Assembly: GCA_041492755.1 (NCBI GenBank)
Contig: JBGPXN010000054.1
Span: 1-26,899 of the forward strand
From: Candidatus Methylomirabilia bacterium
Lineage (GTDB): Bacteria > Methylomirabilota > Methylomirabilia > Rokubacteriales > CSP1-6
Reading direction: 5' to 3'
DNA: 26,899 nucleotides
Shown here one piece after another: positions 1 through 6,738 of the stretch. The first letter of the stretch is position 1. Each line of letters opens with the position of its first letter. The notes below the pieces were generated by a model. That model saw nothing but the letters and a program-made list of their open reading frames with translations. It did not search any database and was not told where the DNA came from. Both the position numbers and the translations under genes were made by a program.

Positions 1-1737
1 CACCCGGACGGCGCCGTCCGAGACTTCCAGATCGCCCGTCGCAACCTCGAGCAACTCCGCCGCGATCCTCAGCATCTTCTGGCGCACCTTGTCCGCGGCG
101 ATGGCGATGGCGTTGCCGCAGGTGACCAGGGCCCGACTGGCGAACGTGCCCGCGCCCCAGTTGAACCGGCTAGTATCGCCGGTGATCACGGTCACGTCGC
201 CCGGGTCGCAGCCCAGCGCGTCGGCGGCGATCTGCGCGAACGTCGTCGCGTGTCCCTGGCCCTGCGTCGTAAGACCGGTCGCCACCAGCACGCGGCCGCT
301 CGGCTCCACGCGCACGTGGGCGCCCTCGTAGGGGCCGATGCCGGTGCCTTCGACGTAGCAGGCGACCCCGAGCCCGAGATGCCGGCCCTGCGTGCGCGCC
401 TCGGCCTGGCGGGCGCGAAAATCGCCGAAGCCGATCGTCGCGAGCGCCATCTCGAGGCCGCGCGGGTAGTCGCCGCTGTCGTAGCGCGTCGGCCCGCCGT
501 CCTGGAACGTGAGGCCCACGTCCCACGGGAACTCGTCCGGCTGGATGAAGTTCCGGCGCCGCACCTCGACGGATTCCAGCCCGAGCTCGCGCGCGACGCG
601 GCTGATGACCCGCTCCATCACGAAGGCGCCTTGCGGCCGGCCCGCGCCACGATACGGCGTCACCATCGCCGTGTTGGTGTACACGACCTCGAACTCGACC
701 GCGTAGTTGGGCAGCCGGTAAGGACCGGGCAACTGGGTCGACGTGATCAGCGGCACGATGATGCCGTACGGCGTGTAGGCGCCGGCGTCGTGGACGAACC
801 GGTCGCGCAGCGCGAGGATCCGACCGTCGCCGTCGACCGCGACGTCGACGTCGTGGAGCTGGCCGCGCTCCTGGTTGGCGGCGGTCAGATGCTCGCGCCG
901 GTCCTCGATCCACTTCACCGGGCGCCCGAGCCGGATCGCCGCGAACGGCACCAGGATCTCTTCCGGGTAGAAGAGCATGATCTTGGTGCCGAAGCCCCCG
1001 CCCACGTCCGGTGCGATCACCTCGACCTTGAACTCGGGCAGTCCGAACATCCGCGCCAGCCCGTTCTTGATGGGCAGCGGCGCCTGCGTCGAGTCCCACA
1101 CGCGCAGGGTGCCCGCGCGCGCGTCCCACTCGGCCACCACGCCGCGCGTCTCGATCGGGCTGCCGCAGCTCCGCTCGATCCAGAGCCGCTCGCTGAAGAC
1201 GTGCCGTGCGCGCGCGAATCCGGCATCGGGATCGCCGACGCGCTGGGCCACGCGGGCGGCGCGGTTCTCCGGCACATCGGCGTGCACGCGGGGCGCGCCC
1301 GCGGTGCGGGCGGCGTCGAGGCTGGCGACGACAGGCAGCGCCTCCCACGTCACCCGGATGGCCTCGAGCGCGTCTTCGGCCACGTAACGGCTTTCGGCGA
1401 CGACGAGCGCCACCGGCTCGCCCACGTAGTGGACCTCGTCGGCGGCCAGCGGCCGCGGCGTCCGCGGATGGGTCAGCTCCGGGTGCGGAATCAGCAGCGG
1501 CGTCGGCTCGTTGAGCTCGCCGAGATCGGCGGCCGTGAGCACGAGGGCCACGCCCGGCACCGTACGGGCGGTGGAGACGTCGATCGAGACGATGCGCGCG
1601 TGCGCGTGTGGGCTCCGCAGCACGGCTGCATGCAGGACCCCCGCCAGGCGGACGTCGTCCACGAAGCAACCCGCGCCCTGGAGCAGTCGCGGATCCTCGT
1701 TGCGCGGGATGCGGGCCCCGATCGTGCGCGTCGTCAT
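1..1737 (-). CDS. Xanthine dehydrogenase/CoxL-CutL family molybdopterin-binding large subunit (3' end runs off the window)
   Basis: Not in the ORF track. Manual translation from ATG at 1737 gives MTTRTIGARIPRNEDPRLLQGAGCFVDD...LRSPHAHARI...WDSTQAP...APDVGGGFGTK...PVKWIEDRREH...TPYRGAGRPQ...YDSGDYP, all typical Mo-hydroxylase large-subunit motifs. Confidence 0.93.
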   Translation of the reverse strand, partial: MTTRTIGARIPRNEDPRLLQGAGCFVDDVRLAGVLHAAVLRSPHAHARIVSIDVSTARTVPGVALVLTAADLGELNEPTPLLIPHPELTHPRTPRPLAADEVHYVGEPVALVVAESRYVAEDALEAIRVTWEALPVVASLDAARTAGAPRVHADVPENRAARVAQRVGDPDAGFARARHVFSERLWIERSCGSPIETRGVVAEWDARAGTLRVWDSTQAPLPIKNGLARMFGLPEFKVEVIAPDVGGGFGTKIMLFYPEEILVPFAAIRLGRPVKWIEDRREHLTAANQERGQLHDVDVAVDGDGRILALRDRFVHDAGAYTPYGIIVPLITSTQLPGPYRLPNYAVEFEVVYTNTAMVTPYRGAGRPQGAFVMERVISRVARELGLESVEVRRRNFIQPDEFPWDVGLTFQDGGPTRYDSGDYPRGLEMALATIGFGDFRARQAEARTQGRHLGLGVACYVEGTGIGPYEGAHVRVEPSGRVLVATGLTTQGQGHATTFAQIAADALGCDPGDVTVITGDTSRFNWGAGTFASRALVTCGNAIAIAADKVRQKMLRIAAELLEVATGDLEVSDGAVRV

Positions 1738-1752
1738 CGGTCGCCCGTTACC

Positions 1753-2208
1753 TTACTCTTCGCCGATGTCCTCGTTCCAGACCTCCGGGTGGGCCGCGAT
1801 GTACGTCGCGAGCATGTCGATGCACTCCCGCGAGCCGACGTCGATGACCTCGACGCCGTTCTCCCGCAGCCACCCGATACCGCCCGGGAAGTTCACGGAC
1901 TCACCGACGATCACTCTCGAGATGCGGAACTGGCGCACGAGCCCGCTGCAATACCAGCACGGCGCCAGCGTCGTCACCATCGTCTTGTCCCGATAGCTCC
2001 GCTGCCGGCCGGCGTTGCGGAAGGCGTCGGTCTCGCCGTGAACCGACGGGTCGTTCTGCTGCACCCGGCGGTTGTGCCCCCGCCCGAGCAGCCGTGCCTG
2101 GGCGTCGAAGAGCGCGGCGCCGATGGGAATGCCGCCCTCGGCCAGCCCTTGCCGCGCCTCTTCGATCGCCACCCGCAGCATGGTATCGACGTCGAAATGT
2201 CGCACCAT
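1753..2208 (-). CDS. Nucleoside/cytosine deaminase (yeast FCY1-like, CDA zinc fold)
   Basis: EGGIPIGAAL, GRGHNRRVQ, HGETDA and TTLAPCWYC zinc motifs, C-terminal WNEDIGE as in fungal-type cytosine deaminase. Confidence 0.9.
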   Translation of the reverse strand: MVRHFDVDTMLRVAIEEARQGLAEGGIPIGAALFDAQARLLGRGHNRRVQQNDPSVHGETDAFRNAGRQRSYRDKTMVTTLAPCWYCSGLVRQFRISRVIVGESVNFPGGIGWLRENGVEVIDVGSRECIDMLATYIAAHPEVWNEDIGEE

Positions 2209-2264
2209 TCCGCCTTCCCCGCCCCGTATTTCGTGTCCGAGCCGCGCCGGGCCGCGCCCATCGG

Positions 2265-2309
2265 TGAGGCCGTCTCACCTGAGGCCGTCTCACCTGAGGC
2301 CGTCTCGCC
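2265..2309. repeat. Tandem 15-bp repeat x3 (TGAGGCCGTCTCACC), followed by a C9 run at 2308-2316
   Basis: Exact copies at 2265-2279 and 2280-2294, one-mismatch copy at 2295-2309. Confidence 0.95.
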
Positions 2310-2530
2310 CCCCCCCATTATCCGCGCAATGAAGGCCTGGTATCTCGTGAAGCAGATCCGCGGCGTGCCCACCCCATTCGGGTCGGCCCGTGACGGAGCT
2401 TCAGGAACGCGTGGGGTGGCGGTGAAGACTCGGTCGTCGGGCCGCGAGGGGGTGAGGGCATTCAGCCGTGAGAAGCGGTTGCTCGCGCGCCGAGCTCAGG
2501 CAATGGAAGGACAATGCGGCCAGGTTTTTC

Positions 2531-2560
2531 CTGACAAGCGCCCTCACAGTTAGGTATTAT
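2531..2560 (+). promoter_or_regulatory. Putative sigma70 promoter for the zinc-finger gene
   Basis: CTGACA (2531-2536), 18-bp spacer, TATTAT (2555-2560), ~50 bp upstream of the GTG start. Confidence 0.5.
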
Positions 2561-2609
2561 TGCCCGTCCTTCGGTTCCGTACAGCCTATGCGAATGGAGG
2601 AGACCAATC

Positions 2610-2879
2610 GTGCCAAGTCATGCCTCAAGAATGCTTCGCGCCTTGATCAAAGCAAGACAACAAGCCTCATCGATCGAGCACCGCCTCCTGGAGCACCTCG
2701 CGAGCGCGCTTCCGAGCATCACTCCTCGCGTGCAAAAATCCGCGAAGAAGATCCCGACCGGTTCGCGCCGCCGCCGATCATTGAAATGTCCCAAATGTTC
2801 CCGCCAGTTCGCCTGGCCGTTTCACCTCGGAAGGCATCTGTCGGCTACGCATGGAACCCGGAAGCGAAAGGCCGCGTAG
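2610..2879 (+). CDS. Small basic protein with a classical C2H2 zinc finger
   Basis: GGAGG RBS at 2596-2600, GTG start; CPKCSRQFAWPFHLGRHLSATH fits C-x2-C-x3-F-x5-L-x2-H-x4-H. Confidence 0.78.
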   Translation: MPSHASRMLRALIKARQQASSIEHRLLEHLASALPSITPRVQKSAKKIPTGSRRRRSLKCPKCSRQFAWPFHLGRHLSATHGTRKRKAA

Positions 2880-3172
2880 CCGGGCCATCATGACGAGACA
2901 GGCAACGTAAGACACTCCGGGGTGATTCCGGACCATCCACGGCAACCGCAAGGACTTGCCGCGGGTGGCACGTTTCGGCGTCTTCATCACTGACCCAACG
3001 GCGCGAGACGCCAGTGGCAGGTGGAATTTGAGCTGACGGCATCGATTCGGAAGCCGTGAGGTTTGGACCTCCGGCTGAGGTGAGACGGTAACGATAGCTG
3101 ACCGGACGTAAAAAGAGCGGAGCAACTCGCGGATCTCCCTACTAGGTGTTCGCGCCGATTCACACCTCACGG

Positions 3173-4162
3173 CTATCTGATTACTCTGTCCGCCCGGGCC
3201 AGAACGCTGGGCGGAATCGTCAGGCCGATCTGCTTCGCCGCCTTCAAATTTATGATCAGCTCGAACTTCGTCGGCTGTTCCACGGGCAGGTCCGCCGGCT
3301 TGGCACCTTTCAGGATCTTGTCCACATACGTAGCAGCGCGCCGGTGCAGGTCAGGAAAATTCGCCCCATAGTACATGAGGCCCCCAGCCTCCACGTACTC
3401 TTTCCAGTGGTACGTGGTTGGCAACCGGTTCTTTGCTGCGAGCTCCACGATCCTTTTCATGACGAGCGAGGAAGACGGGGGCGGAAGCACCATGAGAGCG
3501 TCAGGATGGCTGTTCTTCAGAGTTCCAAATGCCTCCTCCACTTGCTTGGGACTGCGGCCCTGGAGTTCCAAAGATAGAAGTTTCATACCCAATGCCGCGG
3601 CCGGGACCTGCATCTCCTTGAGAAGGAAGGTATGAAGCAGATTGCCGGGAGACACAAGGATCGTCACGCGGGAGGTTTGAGGAAGGACCTCCTTGAGCAG
3701 TTCTAACCGTTTCCCACTGAGCTCCGGGCCAAGATTAGTCAGCCCGGTGATATTGCCGCCGGGCCGGGCGAGGCTGGCTACGAAGCCAAACCCAACAGGA
3801 TCGGAGACGAACGTCATCACAATGGGGATGGTGCCGGTGGCGTTCTTCGCGGCCTGGGTCGCCGACGTGCCCATCGTCACAATAGCGGCTACCTTTAGAC
3901 CTACGAGCTCGGCGGCAAGGTTGGAGAGGCTGTTGCGCTTCTCACCCGAGGATCTTTCCTCGATAATGATATTTTTCCCCTCAACGTAGCCAAGCTCTCG
4001 CAGCCCCTGCCGGAATGCCTCAATGCGCGCTGACGATTCAGAAGGGTCGCCCGAAAAAAGAAACCCTATTCCAGGGATCTTCCCGACCTGCTGCGCCTCG
4101 GCTAGATGGGCAGTAGCCAAAATAAGAGTCGCAACCGTGAAGAGAAGGGAGAGTTTCTTCAT
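3173..4162 (-). CDS. Orphan ABC transporter substrate-binding protein (ABC_sub_bind, putative Trp/Tyr-type)
   Basis: Signal peptide (AEA|QQ), AFRQGLRELGYVEGKNI, SLARPGGNITG, YVDKILKGAKPADLPVEQPTKFELIINLK; AAGGAG RBS. Confidence 0.93.
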   Translation of the reverse strand: MKKLSLLFTVATLILATAHLAEAQQVGKIPGIGFLFSGDPSESSARIEAFRQGLRELGYVEGKNIIIEERSSGEKRNSLSNLAAELVGLKVAAIVTMGTSATQAAKNATGTIPIVMTFVSDPVGFGFVASLARPGGNITGLTNLGPELSGKRLELLKEVLPQTSRVTILVSPGNLLHTFLLKEMQVPAAALGMKLLSLELQGRSPKQVEEAFGTLKNSHPDALMVLPPPSSSLVMKRIVELAAKNRLPTTYHWKEYVEAGGLMYYGANFPDLHRRAATYVDKILKGAKPADLPVEQPTKFELIINLKAAKQIGLTIPPSVLARADRVIR

Positions 4163-4184
4163 AGCTTCTCCTTCGAAGCCGCGG

Positions 4185-5723
4185 TCAGGGCCGGCTGTCC
4201 CGCCCGAGGAAATAGTTGATCCAGGACGACGTTCCCCTCAGCGAGCGATCCGGCGGCGGGACGTAGCGGCCGAGATCGGCGACCCGGCCGGCGGCCGTCG
4301 CGCGCTCGTACACGCCGACCCAGATGCACGGCTTGTCGACCACCTCGCAGCGTCCCATGTCGGTGCCGCCGCACGGCCCGTTGCGCATCTGCTTGGGACA
4401 GGTCTGCGGACACACGTACTCGAGATGACCGAGCACGCAGTTGCCGCAGGCCTGACAGCCGAACAGCGGCCCCTTCACCCCCTGCTCGACGTGCTCGACG
4501 GCGGCCGCGAGCGCCGGGCGGCGGTCCACCGCGGCGAAGACGTGACGCAGCGACCGCCTGAGGACGCCGTCTCGCGTGACGGGAAACAGCCGCCCCGCCA
4601 CGTCGAGCACGCGCGGGAGGAGCGGTCGCGGGCGCGATGCCCGCGGCGCCGGCGACGAAGACGCCCGCCCGGGCGTCGCCGGATACCCTGGCGTCGCCGG
4701 ATAGAGGTAGAAGCCGTCAGCGCGGCCGAAATGCAGCTCGGCCGCGAGTGCTTCCCACTCGGGCGCGAGGTCCTTGACGCGCCGGATGATCCACTGGATG
4801 TGCTCAGGGTCGTGCGTGCCGCCGATGTAGGCGCCGGCGTACCCGAGACCGTGGAGCACCGCGACCGTTCGCGCCGCGCGCTCCAGCCGGGCCCGCCGGC
4901 CGCCGTCGGCCGCCCGACTCTCCTCGCGCACCCGCGCCAGCAGCTCCGGCGAGACCCAGCACCCGGGCGGCTGGCCGCCCGCCATCCGCTCCGCCGCCCG
5001 CGGCCCGAGCACGTAGACGTTGCCGAGCAGCGGCGTGGCCAGGCCACGCTCGTCGAGGTAGCGCTTCAGCTCGGCGAACTTCCGCGCGTCCCAGCCCACC
5101 TGGGTGATGGCGAAGTCGGCGCCGGCCGCGATCTTCTTCTCGAGCTTGAGGTACTGGTACATCGCGTCGGCCTCGACGTACTTGAAGGGCGAGACGGCCA
5201 CCGCAAGGTGAAACGGGAGGCCCCCCGCCCGCATCTCGGCGGCCATCCGCACGAGCTGGACCGAATCGAGGTCGAACACGGGCGCCGTCGCGTCAGCACC
5301 GGCGGCGCTCTTGCCGTCACGTCGCGGATAGTCGCCGGTCAGCGCGAACACGTTGTGGATGCCGAGCGCGTGCAGGTCCTCGAGCGTCTTGCGCAGGCCG
5401 TGGCGATCCTGGCTGACACACGTGAGATGGATGTTCGGCGTCAGCCCGCGGGCGCGGGCGGCGGTCCCGACGCGGATGGGGTCGTGGCCGATGGCGCCGC
5501 CCGCGTAGCTCGTGATGCTGCCCGCGACCACCTGAGGCACGCGGGCCAGCCGGGAGGCGACTTCCAGCACGCGCCACTCACGCGTGAGCGCGGACGCGAC
5601 CAGCTCCACGACGTAGCAGAAGCGCCCCGAGGCGAGCGCGGCCGCCAACGGGTTCGCCTCGACGCCGCTCCTGGCCGTCGCTCCGACAGGCCGGCGGCCG
5701 GCACCGTGCGCCGCGTCGCTCAC
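4185..5723 (-). CDS. metF: Methylenetetrahydrofolate reductase (MetF) fused to a C-terminal MTHFR_C/MetV-like Cys-rich domain
   Basis: VVELV, HLTC, ALTGD, KKIAAGADFAITQ motifs; C-terminal CQACGNC..CPQTCPK.MRNGPCGG....CE.....CIW; GTGA overlap with upstream stop. Confidence 0.88.
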   Translation of the reverse strand: MSDAAHGAGRRPVGATARSGVEANPLAAALASGRFCYVVELVASALTREWRVLEVASRLARVPQVVAGSITSYAGGAIGHDPIRVGTAARARGLTPNIHLTCVSQDRHGLRKTLEDLHALGIHNVFALTGDYPRRDGKSAAGADATAPVFDLDSVQLVRMAAEMRAGGLPFHLAVAVSPFKYVEADAMYQYLKLEKKIAAGADFAITQVGWDARKFAELKRYLDERGLATPLLGNVYVLGPRAAERMAGGQPPGCWVSPELLARVREESRAADGGRRARLERAARTVAVLHGLGYAGAYIGGTHDPEHIQWIIRRVKDLAPEWEALAAELHFGRADGFYLYPATPGYPATPGRASSSPAPRASRPRPLLPRVLDVAGRLFPVTRDGVLRRSLRHVFAAVDRRPALAAAVEHVEQGVKGPLFGCQACGNCVLGHLEYVCPQTCPKQMRNGPCGGTDMGRCEVVDKPCIWVGVYERATAAGRVADLGRYVPPPDRSLRGTSSWINYFLGRDSRP

Positions 5724-6724
5724 CCCGTGCCCAGCTCCCGGCGCACGATGCGCGCGCCCTCGACCATGGCGCCGAGCTTGGCGAAGGCGACGTCGCGCGG
5801 CAGGTGCATGAGCCCGCAGTCGGGGTTCACCGACAGCCGCTCCGCGGGCACGACCTTCATGGCCTGGCGGATCCGCTCCGCCACTACCGCCGCGCTCTCC
5901 ACCTCGTGGGTCTTGACGTCGATCACCCCGAGCCCGAGCCCGAAGGTGGGCGCGAACTCGCGGAAGAGCGCGACGTCCTCCTCACCTCGGCGCGCGAACT
6001 CCAGCGTGAGCTGGTGCACGCGGGCCTCCAGGATCGCCGGGAACAGGTAGCGATAGCTGCCCTCCCACGAGGGCTTGCCGTAGCGGTTGCCGTAGCAGAT
6101 GTGCAGCGAGACCCGGGCCGGCACGCCGTCCACGAGGGCGTTGACGGCGCGAATGCCCCAGGGGAGGTCTTCCGGGAAGCCGGAGTAGTACGGCTCGTCG
6201 ATCTGGACGTCGGTGGCCCCGGCCTTGACCAGCTCGCGCAGCTCGAGGTTCAGCACGCGCGCGAGGTCGAGGGCAAACGCCTCCTCGCTCGAGTAGTGCT
6301 GGTTGCGGATCCGCTTGACCAACGAGTGGGGGCCGGTCACCGAGACCTTCGTGCGGCGGTCGGTGAACGCGCGCAGGAACCGGTAATCGGCGACCAGCCC
6401 GACCGGCGCCGTCGGCATGCGAGCGCGCACCACGCTCTCGTAGAAGTCGTAGTAGTTCTTCTTGGAGGCGTGATCGACCTCCACCCCCGGCAGCCTCTCC
6501 GCGAAGTAATCGATCATGTTGTCGCGCCGCAGCTCGCCGTCCGAGAGGACGTCGACGCCGGCGACCTCCTGGTCCTTGATCGCCGCCTTGATGGCAACGT
6601 CGTGCATCTCCTGCAGATCGTGGCGGGTGAGACGCCGGGCCAGGTAGTCGTTCTTCGCCCGCTCCAGCCAGGCCGGGATGGAGTAGCTGCCGACGACGGC
6701 GGTCACGAGCAGCGGCGCGGTCAT
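5720..6724 (-). CDS. Single-domain cobalamin-independent methionine synthase family protein (Meth_synt_2, 'core' MetE)
   Basis: VVGSY, DGELRRDNMIDYF, QIDEP, HICYGN, LEFA, LGVIDV, NPDCG (Zn ligands H/C/E/C); GGGAG RBS favours ATG at 6724 over TTG at 6742. Confidence 0.9.
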   Translation of the reverse strand: MTAPLLVTAVVGSYSIPAWLERAKNDYLARRLTRHDLQEMHDVAIKAAIKDQEVAGVDVLSDGELRRDNMIDYFAERLPGVEVDHASKKNYYDFYESVVRARMPTAPVGLVADYRFLRAFTDRRTKVSVTGPHSLVKRIRNQHYSSEEAFALDLARVLNLELRELVKAGATDVQIDEPYYSGFPEDLPWGIRAVNALVDGVPARVSLHICYGNRYGKPSWEGSYRYLFPAILEARVHQLTLEFARRGEEDVALFREFAPTFGLGLGVIDVKTHEVESAAVVAERIRQAMKVVPAERLSVNPDCGLMHLPRDVAFAKLGAMVEGARIVRRELGTG

Positions 6725-6738
6725 GCGGTGACTCCCAT

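Noticed and set aside
1..1737. Calling this a true CO dehydrogenase (form I coxL)
   Set aside because: Active-site loop is PYRGAGR and lacks the Cu-binding Cys of AYxCSFR
2265..2309. CRISPR array
   Set aside because: Units are 15 bp, directly adjacent with no spacers, and no cas genes are present
170..2553. Long ORFs 170..1669(-) and 250..2553(+)
   Set aside because: Off-frame or antisense shadows of the Mo-subunit and deaminase genes; Arg/Ala/Gly-rich with no motifs, typical of high-GC DNA
2329..2553. Possible small ORF MKAWYLVKQIRGV... and an 8-bp stem (2369-2376/2412-2419)
   Set aside because: No RBS, no recognisable motif or RNA family; insufficient support
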